Shown here: positions 49,545 to 60,576 of the stretch, one piece after another | How the letters are laid out: every line of letters begins with the position of its first letter | Position numbering within the stretch: position 1 is the first letter of the stretch | Source of the DNA: Myxococcales bacterium | GTDB lineage: Bacteria > Myxococcota_A > Polyangia > Polyangiales > DASUME01 | Reading direction: 5' to 3' | NCBI GenBank assembly: GCA_047601445.1 | Contig: JASGJH010000001.1 | Span: forward strand, 992,001 to 1,056,000 | DNA: 64,000 nt | Notes under the pieces: generated by a model | Told to the model about the DNA's origin: nothing | The model's database searches: none | The model's input: the letters and a program-made list of their open reading frames with translations, nothing else | Translations under genes and position numbers: made by a program

Positions 49545-50678
49545 TCAGTTGCCCTTTTCTTTCTTCTCTTTCGCCGCCAAGCGTTGCAGCGCCGCGGACT
49601 TGAGCGGCTGCGACACGTTGCGGCTGCGCGAGAGTGTCCTGAGCTCGTCGTCGCGCAAATGACCGATGAAGCGCAACGAGATCCCGACGGGGGTCTTGGG
49701 GTTGAACACCAAGCCGTTCTTGATCTCGTGGTTCTTGGTCCACTCACGCTTGTTTCCGGCGTAGCGAAGGATGTCCTCACCGACCTCCTTGCTGCGCACG
49801 ATGGGGACGACCTCGGTCTCCTGGATCGCAGGCGAAGAGATGGCGGCGTAGGCGACGGCTTTGTCCTTGTCGCGTACCAGGAACGCACGCGCCGAGGCGT
49901 TGCCGACCATGGCAAGGCGCAGCTTCTCGGCACTGCTCATGCCGCGGATCTTCATCATGAGCGGCAGGTAGCGTTCGCTGACCTCGTCGTTTTCCGCCTC
50001 TTCGTCCTCGCCGGCCTGCACGGCCTCGGGGTTGTCGTCGTCCTCCGCGAGAGCCTGGGCGAAATCGAGATCGGAGGGCAGGGGCTCCTCGGTGGCCTCC
50101 GGGATCAGCTGTCCCTTGATGGCCTCCACATGGGCCTGATACGTCGGAATATCGAGCACCACATGGTTGCGCGCCGCCAGCTCGATCAAGCGGTCGGCCG
50201 TCGACATGCGCGTGTTCTTGTTACGATACAGGGCTTCGATGATCTTGGGCGCCGCCAGCAGGCGCTGCTCGTTCACCGCGATGCGCTCGCTCACCTTCTC
50301 GGAGCAACGCAGGGCCAACCACTCCACCGTGCCCACGCTCGTCGCCGTGTTGGCAGCCACGCGCTCGGCCACGCTCTCGCGTTCACGAAAGTGCTCGGCC
50401 ATGCGGTCCAAGAACGACTCGGGCAGGGCTGCTTCGCTGGCCGGCAAGAGCACGTTGTCGGGCAGCCCGTCGAGCGTACCGCGCGCGCTCTTGGCCAGGG
50501 CTTCGTCCGGATCGACCGAGAGCTGAAGCAGCAGCATCACCTGGTCTTCGCCCTTCACGGGCACCATGCCGCGCGCTGCCATCATGCGCGCCGGGCCAGG
50601 CGCCCCCGGGTCGCAGAAGCGCTTGATAGACGGAGGCAGCTGGTCGGCTGGAAGCGGGAGTGGGGCAGGGCGAGCCAT
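49545..50678 (-). CDS. Hypothetical alpha-solenoid (HEAT/leucine-rich-variant-like) protein
   Basis: Typical coding bias; EKLRLAMVGN..ARAFLVRD, LVFNPKTP helical repeats; acidic linker. Confidence 0.75.
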   Translation of the reverse strand: MARPAPLPLPADQLPPSIKRFCDPGAPGPARMMAARGMVPVKGEDQVMLLLQLSVDPDEALAKSARGTLDGLPDNVLLPASEAALPESFLDRMAEHFRERESVAERVAANTATSVGTVEWLALRCSEKVSERIAVNEQRLLAAPKIIEALYRNKNTRMSTADRLIELAARNHVVLDIPTYQAHVEAIKGQLIPEATEEPLPSDLDFAQALAEDDDNPEAVQAGEDEEAENDEVSERYLPLMMKIRGMSSAEKLRLAMVGNASARAFLVRDKDKAVAYAAISSPAIQETEVVPIVRSKEVGEDILRYAGNKREWTKNHEIKNGLVFNPKTPVGISLRFIGHLRDDELRTLSRSRNVSQPLKSAALQRLAAKEKKEKGN

Positions 50679-50717
50679 GGGCGGCGGCTATTGTAGCGAG
50701 CCGTGGGCCGGCCATGG

Positions 50718-50825
50718 CGAACAGAGTGAGCCTACTACCGGAACCGAACAGAGTGAGCCTACCACCGGAACCGAACAGAGTGAGCCTACTACCGGAACCG
50801 AACAGAGTGAGCCTGCGCGCGGAAC
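50718..50825. repeat. Tandem repeat, 4 x 27 bp
   Basis: CGAACAGAGTGAGCCT-(ACTAC/ACCAC/ACTAC/GCGCG)-CGGAAC units at 50718, 50745, 50772, 50799. Confidence 0.95.
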
Positions 50826-50855
50826 CCGCGTGAACCGCGGGCCCGCAGCCGCGGC

Positions 50856-52169
<1,314 letters not shown>

Positions 52170-52330
52170 TGGCGAAGTCCTTTGATGGCCGCGGCGTAGC
52201 AAACCGTTGCCAGCAGGGCAAAACAACGATTCGCGCTTTAATTAGTCTGTGCTCAAGAGCCACACTAAGCGAGCGCAATGCGCACACCGGTGATGCTCAA
52301 ACAACACAGATCTGGGCCAAAAAGGGGGAC

Positions 52331-53302
52331 TTAGAGCCCTAGCCAGGGACGCGCGTCCTCGGTCTTGGTGCCGCGCCGGACCTCGAAGTAGATCGACCCC
52401 GTACCGGAAGTCCCAAGCCGAGCACTCTTGGAGACCTCGTCCCCAACTTGCACATCGACGCCGGCGAAGCCCCCGTACACCGTGTAGTAGCGGTCCCCGT
52501 GGTCCAGGATCACGAGCTGGCCATAGGAACCGTAACGATCCGAGAAGGCCACCCGACCTCCGGCTGCGGCCCGGACTGCGGCCCCGCGTTGGGTCGAGAA
52601 CTCGAGGCCAGGACCCCCGCTCTCGGCGCGCGTAGCCTCCTGGATGGCGGATGGGCCCGAGACCGGGAGCGCGAGCGCACCGCGCTGGTCCGCAAACCGA
52701 GGGCGCTCGGCCTCCCTGGTACCTACCACCGAGAGTCCGTAGTTCATGTGGTCTCCCTGTGGCGGCTCGGGTGCGCGCCGTGCGGGGGCGGCCGCGCCGA
52801 GCAGGTTCTGCTCGATCTGCTGCTGGATGGCGGCTGCTTGAGCACGCTCGAGGCTCGCCACGTCGCCGTCACGCTGGGCTACTTCGAGGGCCAGGGCCTG
52901 CTTCTCGCCACGTAGGCGGGTCAGTTCATGCTGAAGGCTCGCCACCCCCTCGAGGTCCGCGTGCACCATGCGCTCGAGGCGCTGCATGCGCGAGGCATGC
53001 CCCAACAGCCCTTCGAGTCCCCCGGTGATGGGCAGCATCCCGTTGCGTCCGAGTCGGTACAGTGCGCGCCCGTCGGCCGTGAGCCGCGCCTTGAGGGCGG
53101 GTTCCTTGGCTTCGAACTGCGTGAGTCGTGTGTCGACCTCTTCGGCGCGCGAGCGAGCCATGTCGGCCCGGGTTCGTGCCGTGCTCAGGCGGTCGCCCGT
53201 GATCAACGGCGCACTGTCTGCAACCGCCAGCGAGCTCACCGTCACCAGGGCCAACATCGAGAGGGTCGAGCCGGGAATATGTTTGGCGCGCGTCTGGGTC
53301 AC
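52331..53302 (-). CDS. envC: EnvC-like amidase activator (coiled coil + degenerate LytM)
   Basis: Coiled coil; M23 fold lacking HxxxD and HxH; GTGA overlap with ftsX stop. Confidence 0.8.
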   Translation of the reverse strand: MTQTRAKHIPGSTLSMLALVTVSSLAVADSAPLITGDRLSTARTRADMARSRAEEVDTRLTQFEAKEPALKARLTADGRALYRLGRNGMLPITGGLEGLLGHASRMQRLERMVHADLEGVASLQHELTRLRGEKQALALEVAQRDGDVASLERAQAAAIQQQIEQNLLGAAAPARRAPEPPQGDHMNYGLSVVGTREAERPRFADQRGALALPVSGPSAIQEATRAESGGPGLEFSTQRGAAVRAAAGGRVAFSDRYGSYGQLVILDHGDRYYTVYGGFAGVDVQVGDEVSKSARLGTSGTGSIYFEVRRGTKTEDARPWLGL

Positions 53303-54183
53303 ACCGACATGTACCTGCGGATGGAGAGGGCACTTCCGAGGGCTCCCGTCAGGGCCCCCGACACCAATACGCTCACCACCACGACGGGCGACAGGAAGCT
53401 CAGGCGCATCCCCAGCATGGGCACCAGGGCCGCGTTGATTTGCCCGCGCAACAGCAGGTAAGCGGTCAGCAGGAGCACCACCGAGACGAGGGCCGAGAGG
53501 AAGCCTTGCAGGGCACCCTCCACCACGAAGGGACCGCGCACGAAGCTGTCGGTCGCTCCGCACATCTTGAGCATCTCGATCTCGTCGCGTCGGCTGGCCA
53601 AGGCCAGGCGGATGGTGTTGGAGACCACCGCGAACACGCAGATCAGCACCAGGAGCCCCACGACCAGGGCGGCCGCGCGACCCGTGGTGAGCAAGCTGCT
53701 CAGCCGCTCGAACCAGCTGCGATAGGTGTCCACGTCGGCCACGGCCGTCTTGAACGCCGAGACTTGCGCAGCGACCTCCTGGATGCGGGCGTCGCTGGCG
53801 TCGGTCGCGAACTCCACCTCGAGCGAGGCTGGAAACACGTCGGCCGGGAGTCCTGTGAGGTCCGCGGCGTTCAAGCTCTCACGCAAGAAGCTCTCGCGTG
53901 CGGCAGCGGCGGAGAGGTGCTCGACCTGGGCCACCCCCGGCAGCGCCGAGAGCACGAGGCGCAGGCGATCGACGTCGGCGTTCTGGGCGTCGTCTCGGAG
54001 GTACACGCTCATGCGGTGCGTACGTCCCCAGCGCTCCGCGAAGCTACCCAGGTTCACCACCGCGAGGAGCAACGTCGACAAGCAGAGAAACGCCACCGTC
54101 AAACTCGAGATGGCCACTCCGTAGAGCTTGGCGTCCTCGCGCAGCCCGCGCTTTGCGCGTCGAAGCAACGACTTGAATTCCAT
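53299..54183 (-). CDS. ftsX: Cell-division permease FtsX
   Basis: SVYL, LPADVFPASLEV, NTIRLAL..RRDEIEMLKMCGAT..FVRGPF..EG. Confidence 0.93.
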   Translation of the reverse strand: MEFKSLLRRAKRGLREDAKLYGVAISSLTVAFLCLSTLLLAVVNLGSFAERWGRTHRMSVYLRDDAQNADVDRLRLVLSALPGVAQVEHLSAAAARESFLRESLNAADLTGLPADVFPASLEVEFATDASDARIQEVAAQVSAFKTAVADVDTYRSWFERLSSLLTTGRAAALVVGLLVLICVFAVVSNTIRLALASRRDEIEMLKMCGATDSFVRGPFVVEGALQGFLSALVSVVLLLTAYLLLRGQINAALVPMLGMRLSFLSPVVVVSVLVSGALTGALGSALSIRRYMSV

Positions 54184-54200
54184 CTCGCGTCGTCTCCCGC

Positions 54201-55013
54201 TCAGGCACTCACGCGCTTCACGCGCGCAGACCAGCCATTCAAGCCCTCGCGCGCCTCGGTCAGGCGACCGTCCTCCAGCACCAGGAGGCGATGGGGGCGG
54301 GTGGCGAGCAAAGTGTGATCGTGGGTCGCGAACAACACCGTCGTGCCGCTGCGGTTGATCTCTTCGAACAGCGTGAGGATGTCGAGGGCCAGGGTAGGGT
54401 CCAGGTTGCCCGTCGGTTCATCCGCGATGAGCAGCGCCGGCTCGCTCACGATGGCGCGAGCGATGGCCACGCGCTGTTGCTCTCCGCCCGACAGGTTGCC
54501 TGCGCGCTCTTCCCCGCGCCCGGCCAGGCCCACGCGCTCGAGGGCCTCCGCCACGCGCGAACGCACCAGGCGGGTCGGCAGCTCGAGGATCTCCAGGGCG
54601 ATCGCGACGTTCTCGAACACCGACCAGTGCGCGATGATCTTGAAGTCCTGGAACACCACGCCCATGTTGCGGCGCAGGTAGGGGATGGAGTCCTTGGTCA
54701 GGCGCGCGATGTCGCGCCCGCAGAAGTAGATGTGGCCCTCATCCACGGAGATCTTGCGGAAAATCAGCTGTAGCAGCGTGCTCTTGCCCGAGCCGCTGGG
54801 ACCCGTGATGAACACGAACTCGCCGCGCTCGATGGTGAGGTCGATGCCGCGCAAAGTGGGCGTCTCGCGCTGGAAGTACTTGTAGACGTCCTCCAGCACG
54901 AGGATCGGCTTGTCGACCGAGCTCGGGTCTGGACGCGCGCCAGCCCGGAAGAAGGCGAAAGGACGTACGACGCGCCGCGCCCCGCTGTCATCGCTTCTAC
55001 TCCTAGGAGCCAT
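54201..55013 (-). CDS. ftsE: Cell-division ATPase FtsE
   Basis: GPSGSGKST, IPYLRRNMGVVFQDF, LSGGEQQR, ADEPTGNLD; N-terminal extension. Confidence 0.93.
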   Translation of the reverse strand: MAPRSRSDDSGARRVVRPFAFFRAGARPDPSSVDKPILVLEDVYKYFQRETPTLRGIDLTIERGEFVFITGPSGSGKSTLLQLIFRKISVDEGHIYFCGRDIARLTKDSIPYLRRNMGVVFQDFKIIAHWSVFENVAIALEILELPTRLVRSRVAEALERVGLAGRGEERAGNLSGGEQQRVAIARAIVSEPALLIADEPTGNLDPTLALDILTLFEEINRSGTTVLFATHDHTLLATRPHRLLVLEDGRLTEAREGLNGWSARVKRVSA

Positions 55014-55086
55014 GGCGCCCACGGTGGCAGTGAACCCGTGTCCAGATCGAGAATTCGGCCCTTTTACGGGCCAGGATGCCCTGAAG

Positions 55087-56223
55087 CTAAGGTCGAGACA
55101 GTCCCAGGTGGGGGGTGGAGTCGGCCGCCCAGCTCCAGCGGAACACCTGGGAGAGCATGGGTTCGGCGAGTTTGCCGTGCGGGGAAAAGCCCCAGATGTC
55201 CTCCTGGGACACGTCATCGAGGTCCGCGTAGTAGCGCCACAGGAAAAAGCCGGCGAACCAGGGCTCGGGCAAGAACGTCTCGAACAGCGCCGAGAGGGCG
55301 CGCGCCTGCTCGTGTTCGTCGATGACGACGTTGGTCATCACGTCGGGCCAGATCCAGGGCTGAACGGCCGCGTTCTGGCGCGTGGTGTACCCAATCTCCA
55401 CGAACAGCACGGGCATCTGCAGACGCTCTGCGAAGCCGTGGATCTCCTCGCGGGCACGCGCGGCGCCGGCCAGGTAGTCCGTGTAGGTGGCGTTGTCGTG
55501 ATAGGCGAGGGGATAGAAGGCGTTGACTCCGATCAAGTCCAGCTGATCCCAGAACACCACGTTGTCGACTTCGTCCCAGTTGGCGCTGTAGGTGAGAAAG
55601 CCCGGAAAGCGCTGGCGCACGTCGCGGATGAGCCGGCTCCAGTACTCGGCGAAGCGGCCGCTCCACGACTTGCACTCGACTCCGATGGAGAAGCCATCCG
55701 CCCCGGCCTCGGCGGCGAGCTCCGCCCAACTCAGCACGAAGGCCCGGTAGGAAGCCTGATATGCGCGCCAGCCCTCCTCGGAGCCCGGGTCCATCTCGCC
55801 GCGCCAGCCCCCGGTCTCGACCCACAGATGAGGGATCAAGAGCACGCCCATGCCGCGGGCCTTGGCCTGGCGGATCATGCGTGCGACCGCAGCGCGGTTC
55901 TCCAGGTAGGGCGCTTCGAAGTCCATCAGAATGTCCGTGCTGGTCAGGCTCCACACGCGCCCGAAGGGCGTCACGCTGACCCAGGTCGAGCCCATGCGTT
56001 GAAGCTCGTCGAGCAGCGCTTCGCTCGAGGCGCTGCCATAGCCGCGACCCGGCCACTGGGAGCTCTCGATGGGCCCCACGGTGATGCCTCGAATGCCGCT
56101 TCGTCCACTGGCTCGCCAGCCCTCCGTACCCGGCGGCAAGGTGTGCCAGGCGGACGCGTGGGAGGCGCCCAGCAGGAAAGCCAGCCAGAGCGCGACGCCA
56201 GCGAACCTCAGACCCAACTGCAT
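55087..56223 (-). CDS. Secreted glycoside hydrolase (GH113-like TIM barrel)
   Basis: Signal peptide; PHLW, WRG, SIGVE, TYSANWD, GVNAFYPL, VEIGY. Confidence 0.78.
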   Translation of the reverse strand: MQLGLRFAGVALWLAFLLGASHASAWHTLPPGTEGWRASGRSGIRGITVGPIESSQWPGRGYGSASSEALLDELQRMGSTWVSVTPFGRVWSLTSTDILMDFEAPYLENRAAVARMIRQAKARGMGVLLIPHLWVETGGWRGEMDPGSEEGWRAYQASYRAFVLSWAELAAEAGADGFSIGVECKSWSGRFAEYWSRLIRDVRQRFPGFLTYSANWDEVDNVVFWDQLDLIGVNAFYPLAYHDNATYTDYLAGAARAREEIHGFAERLQMPVLFVEIGYTTRQNAAVQPWIWPDVMTNVVIDEHEQARALSALFETFLPEPWFAGFFLWRYYADLDDVSQEDIWGFSPHGKLAEPMLSQVFRWSWAADSTPHLGLSRP

Positions 56224-56233
56224 GGCCGCAGGT

Positions 56234-56656
56234 TTACTGCGCGCGCGGCAAGTCGACATCAATTTGCACGGTCTTGTCGTCCAGAAAGACGCTCACCGTG
56301 CGTGCCAGGTAGCCTTGCTTGGTGGCCTCGATGCGGCCGTTCACCGAGCGGGAGGTCACCGTGATGTCGTACTCGCCGTCGTCGTCCGTGTGACCATCGG
56401 CCGTCTCGAGCGTGTCGGACGTGAAAATCACATGGGCATTCTTGAGCCGGGCACCCGTGGCCTCGTCTCGGACGATTCCGCTGATCTTGCCGGCTTCCCC
56501 AACGTCTTCATTGTCTGCGCCGCACGAGCTCGTGAGCAGGAGCCCCGCCAGCGCGCCGAAGCGCAGGCCGGCGCCGAGTGGCCCGCGCGTGAGGAGCATC
56601 CAGGTGGGGCTCGGGCGCGCGAGAGAGCGTGCCGCCTCCAGCCTGGCGCGGCCCAT
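56234..56656 (-). CDS. Lipoprotein with carboxypeptidase-regulatory-like (Ig-like) domain
   Basis: LTSSC lipobox-like; ISGIVRD..TG..L, TDDDGEY, KQGY. Start at 56656 or 56599. Confidence 0.75.
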   Translation of the reverse strand: MGRARLEAARSLARPSPTWMLLTRGPLGAGLRFGALAGLLLTSSCGADNEDVGEAGKISGIVRDEATGARLKNAHVIFTSDTLETADGHTDDDGEYDITVTSRSVNGRIEATKQGYLARTVSVFLDDKTVQIDVDLPRAQ

Positions 56657-57246
56657 CAGGTGGTGCCCTTCTTCAGGGCGGAGAGCACAAGCTTGGCCAC
56701 CGACTTCAGCGTGTCGAATACGCCGACGCCCGTGGACGCCACGCCCTCGAACTCGGGCACGTTGGTGGGGTTCAGGAGCGACCGAAGCTCCTCCACCGGA
56801 GCGATGCCGGGCATGTCGCGCTTGTTGTACTGGATGACGTAGGGGAGCTTGTCGAGCGAGTAGCCCTGCTCGGCCAGGTTGGTGCGCAGGTTCTCGAGGG
56901 ACTCCACGTTGGCTTCCATGCGGGCAATCTGCGAGTCCGCCACGAAGACCACGCCGTCCACGCCCTTGAGGATGAGCTTGCGGCTAGCGTCGTAGAACAC
57001 CTGGCCGGGGACGGTATAGAGATGGAAGCGCGTCTTGAAACCCCGGATTTCGCCCAGCGCGAGCGGCAGGAAATCGAAGAACAGCGTGCGCTCGGTCTCG
57101 GTCGCGAGGGAGATCATCTTGCCCTTCGCGTCCGGATTCGTCTTGTTGTAGATGTACTGCAAGTTCGTGGTTTTCCCGCACAAGCCGGGACCGTAGTACA
57201 CGATCTTGCAGTTGATCTCGCGGGAGAGATAGTTGATGAAAGACAT
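56656..57246 (-). CDS. mglA: Gliding-motility/polarity small GTPase MglA
   Basis: [50 protein letters not shown]. Confidence 0.97.
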   Translation of the reverse strand: MSFINYLSREINCKIVYYGPGLCGKTTNLQYIYNKTNPDAKGKMISLATETERTLFFDFLPLALGEIRGFKTRFHLYTVPGQVFYDASRKLILKGVDGVVFVADSQIARMEANVESLENLRTNLAEQGYSLDKLPYVIQYNKRDMPGIAPVEELRSLLNPTNVPEFEGVASTGVGVFDTLKSVAKLVLSALKKGTT

Positions 57247-57275
57247 CGCTGCCCTGGCTCCTTAAAGTCCCGCGA

Positions 57276-57758
57276 TCAGTCGTTGAAAAGGTTGTCGATG
57301 TCGTCGTCGGTGATTTCGGCGAAGGGCGTCTGTCGAGCCGGATCATCGGCCTTCTTGATCAACGCTTCGAAAATACCGTTGAGCTGCTCGCAGGCCTTCT
57401 TCACGCGCAAGCGCACCAGGCCAAGGCTCGTCTTGTTGTCGAAGATCACCACCAGGATCACGCGATTGCCGACCAGCTGGATGTGAATGTTCGCCTTTTC
57501 GCCCTCGTGGAACTGCGTCGCGAATTCGTTCTCGCGCAGCAGCTTCGCGATGCCACCGGTGGCGGCGATGTTGCCGGCCGTGAGCGATGCGAGCGAGGTC
57601 GTGTCGATGTGCTCGGTTTCACCTGAGGCAGCGATCAGCTGCCCATTCTTGTCGATGATGAACACCACTTTGGAGTTCGCCGCCTGAACCAGAGCGTCGA
57701 CGATGCCCTGGATCTGGTTGAACTCCTCTTCGTACATCACCATCTGCGGATTGCTCAT
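57276..57758 (-). CDS. mglB: Roadblock-domain GAP MglB
   Basis: MVMYEEEF, DKNGQLIA, SLASLTAGNIAATGG, SLGLVRLRV, FAEITDDDIDNLF. Confidence 0.97.
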   Translation of the reverse strand: MSNPQMVMYEEEFNQIQGIVDALVQAANSKVVFIIDKNGQLIAASGETEHIDTTSLASLTAGNIAATGGIAKLLRENEFATQFHEGEKANIHIQLVGNRVILVVIFDNKTSLGLVRLRVKKACEQLNGIFEALIKKADDPARQTPFAEITDDDIDNLFND

Positions 57759-58114
57759 CGCCTCCTCCGGGCGGGTCGTCTGCCGAGCTCATTTCGCGTG
57801 CGGCGCGCACCTGTCATATGCGCGTCGCGCGCGGGCCGCGCTCTACTGCCAAGGTCCATCGAATGCACTCGGCACACATACCTTGGGCTGCTCTTCGCAC
57901 CCTCTGCGAAGGCAGCGCGCATTCTAGCTTTGCTATCAAAGCTCGCGTGCGCCGTAAAGTGATTGACGGTTCGAGCACTTACGAGTGAATCGTCAGAACG
58001 CCCCACACATCGAACGATAGCGCGACGCGTTGGGTCCGTGAACGGGGATCTGTACTTTTCGCTTCAGAAGGTCGCGCCGGGCGAAGGAGGCGGTTTCGCG
58101 ATAGCCTCGCGGGC

Positions 58115-59809
58115 GTGCGCTTTCTGCTCCGCCTCGCATACAACCTCCTGCGTCTGATCACCTGGCCCGTCTGGGGCTTGTTTCCACGGTTTCGCCGCAA
58201 GACGAGCGCCTGGGTGAGCCTGCGCATCCAGGGGGAGATCCAGGAACTCCCCCATTCCCGGGGACGCCTGCTGGAGCGTCTGACCAGTCGCCTGCGGCCC
58301 GCCCACCTCAGCGTCTTCGAGGTCCGGAAGCTAGCCCGCGCGATCGTCGAGGACCCAAACGCCCGGGGCTTGATCCTGACGTTGACGTCGGTCCGGGGCG
58401 GTTGGGCGACACTGGAGTCGCTGCGCCAGGTGCTGGTCGAGGTGCCGCGGGCTGGCAAACGGCTTGTGGTGGCGTTGCCCCAGGGGGCCGATCAGCGGGA
58501 GCTCTGGTTGGCTAGCGCGGGTGATCATGTGTGCGCCAGCGAGCCGGCCGCGTTCAGCGCGCTGGGACCGGTGGCGCAGCGTCCTTACTTGGCCGGTCTG
58601 CTCTCCAAGCTGGGCGTGCAGGTCCAGGTGTTCGCGCAGGGTGACTACAAGACGGCGGCCGAGTCCCTGGCCCGCGAGACGATGAGCGCGCCCGAGCGTG
58701 AGCAGCTCGGGGCGCTCTTGGCGACGATTCAGGGGCGCTGGCTGCGGGACATCGGGTCGCGGACGGGGGCCGAGCGGGCGGAGCAAGTCCTGCAGCAGGC
58801 CATGTTCGGTCCCCATGAGGCACTGCGCTTCGGCCTGGTGGACCGGGTCTGTTACGCGGACGAACTCGAGGCCGAACTCGAGCTCGACAAGGTTCCCGCC
58901 CGGGCTTTCCGGCCTTACCTGCGCGCCCAGGCACGCACGCTCTTCGTGCCGCTGACCCGCCCGCGCAAGCTGGTGGCGCTGGTGCGGCTGCACGGGGCCA
59001 TCGGTGCGACCCCGAATCCGCGCGGGATCTCCCTGGCCGCGACCCGGGGCTTGCTGCGCAAGCTGAGCGAGGATCCACGCGTGGTCGGCGTCGTGCTCCA
59101 TATCGACTCACCTGGTGGGTCGGCCGTGGTGAGTGATCTGTTGCACCGGGAAATCGTGCGGCTCGACGCGCGCAAGCCCGTGGTGGCCTGGATGGGCGAC
59201 GTCGCAGCCAGCGGGGGCTACTACTTGGCGGCAGCCGCGCGCTTCATCGTGGCGCGGCCAACCACCATTACAGGCTCCATCGGCGTCATCTCGGCGCGCC
59301 CGGTGGCCAGCGAGCTGATGGCGCGCTGGGGCGTTCGCAGTGAGGTCGTCAAGCTGGCCCCACACGCCGACCTACACAGTCTACGCGCGGCGGACGAGCG
59401 CGAGACCGCCATGATCCAGGCGGAGACCCGACGCTACTACGAGCGCTTCCTGGCCGTGGTGGCGGAGGGGCGAAAGCGCCCGCTCGCGGAGATCGAGGGC
59501 CTGGCGGGAGGGCGCATTTGGTCCGGGGCGGACGCCTTGGCCAACGGCTTGGTCGACCAGCTAGGTGGTTATGCCGAAGCCCGCGCCAAGCTCGACGAGC
59601 TGCTGGGAGAACAGGCCAAGCAGCTGCCGGAGCAGCCCGAGTTTTACGAGCCCCAGGTGCAACCCACGGGCTCCGACCAGATTGCCATTGAAGTGGAGCG
59701 CCTGCTCGGAGCCGCGCATGGGGCTGCGCCCAACCTGCTCTCACTGAGGGCGCTGCTTGAAGACGGGGAGCGCGTGCTCGCCTGGACTCCGCCGCTCGAC
59801 ATTTCCTGA
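58115..59809 (+). CDS. sppA: Signal peptide peptidase SppA (S49, tandem domains)
   Basis: GDYKTAAE, IDSPGGS, VAASGGYY, TGSIGV, GRIWSG. Confidence 0.88.
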   Translation: MRFLLRLAYNLLRLITWPVWGLFPRFRRKTSAWVSLRIQGEIQELPHSRGRLLERLTSRLRPAHLSVFEVRKLARAIVEDPNARGLILTLTSVRGGWATLESLRQVLVEVPRAGKRLVVALPQGADQRELWLASAGDHVCASEPAAFSALGPVAQRPYLAGLLSKLGVQVQVFAQGDYKTAAESLARETMSAPEREQLGALLATIQGRWLRDIGSRTGAERAEQVLQQAMFGPHEALRFGLVDRVCYADELEAELELDKVPARAFRPYLRAQARTLFVPLTRPRKLVALVRLHGAIGATPNPRGISLAATRGLLRKLSEDPRVVGVVLHIDSPGGSAVVSDLLHREIVRLDARKPVVAWMGDVAASGGYYLAAAARFIVARPTTITGSIGVISARPVASELMARWGVRSEVVKLAPHADLHSLRAADERETAMIQAETRRYYERFLAVVAEGRKRPLAEIEGLAGGRIWSGADALANGLVDQLGGYAEARAKLDELLGEQAKQLPEQPEFYEPQVQPTGSDQIAIEVERLLGAAHGAAPNLLSLRALLEDGERVLAWTPPLDIS

Positions 59810-59839
59810 GCGGCGGCTGGGTGGCGCCCCGGAAACGCC

Positions 59840-60388
59840 TCAGAGGTCGCCGAGGTCGTCGGTTCCGCCGCCGCCGCTGTTGTCGGAGTCGTCCGAGCTC
59901 TCGTCGCTCGAACCACCGCTGCTACCGCTGGACCCGTCGTCGCCATCGAGGTCGGGCTTGCGGTTGCGGGCGCGAATCGCCGTCCAGGGACCGCCATTGG
60001 TCTCCGAGTCGTCGGAGCCCCAGCGCCCGTCGATCTTCCAGGCCTTTTCAGCCTCGTCGTAGCTGACGCGGAAGTAGCCGTGGCCCTTGGACTCGGTCGG
60101 GCGGCCGACGATCAACTCGCGCTTCTGGGTCCATTCGAAGCGCATCAGGTCGCCATCCACGGTGCCCTGAACGCGCCCGGTCTTCTCTTCCTTGGCGTAC
60201 TTGCCAATGACCGTGGCCCCGTTCTGAACCATGTGCATCTCGCCGTACTGGGGCGAGAACCACACGCCCGAGAAGCTGCCGCCCTCCGGCATCGGCCCGG
60301 CGCGCAGCCCAGGGGCGCCGCCACCGCAGGCCGCCAAGAGCACGGCGTACAACAGACCGACGAGCGAAACACTGAGACGAGCTCGCAT
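59840..60388 (-). CDS. Hypothetical lipoprotein with acidic tail
   Basis: LAAC lipobox; beta-rich FSGVW...G.WG...GGPW core; D/S/G-rich C-terminus. Confidence 0.78.
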   Translation of the reverse strand: MRARLSVSLVGLLYAVLLAACGGGAPGLRAGPMPEGGSFSGVWFSPQYGEMHMVQNGATVIGKYAKEEKTGRVQGTVDGDLMRFEWTQKRELIVGRPTESKGHGYFRVSYDEAEKAWKIDGRWGSDDSETNGGPWTAIRARNRKPDLDGDDGSSGSSGGSSDESSDDSDNSGGGGTDDLGDL

Positions 60389-60576
60389 CCTGATCATTCC
60401 TCCGGCCGGGACCATAAACGAACGGGGCCCAAGGCAGCAATGCTCCTGAAGAGGACGACGTTGTACGGAGGGCACCCTCGATGCCCTTCAATGACGCCTT
60501 CCAGACCAGCAGCTCCCCATGTGACATCGCCAACCTGGAATGCTTGGCGCGCAGACACCCATGATAGGCTCGCTGC

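Noticed and set aside
50718..50825. CRISPR array
   Set aside because: Units are contiguous with no unique spacers, and no cas genes are present.
52197..52213. sigma54 promoter for ino1 (TGGCAACGGTTTGCTA, minus)
   Set aside because: Spacing is GG-N9-GC rather than the required N10.
52331..52680. Missing zinc ligands in the M23 domain as a novelty
   Set aside because: A degenerate LytM domain is the normal state of EnvC.
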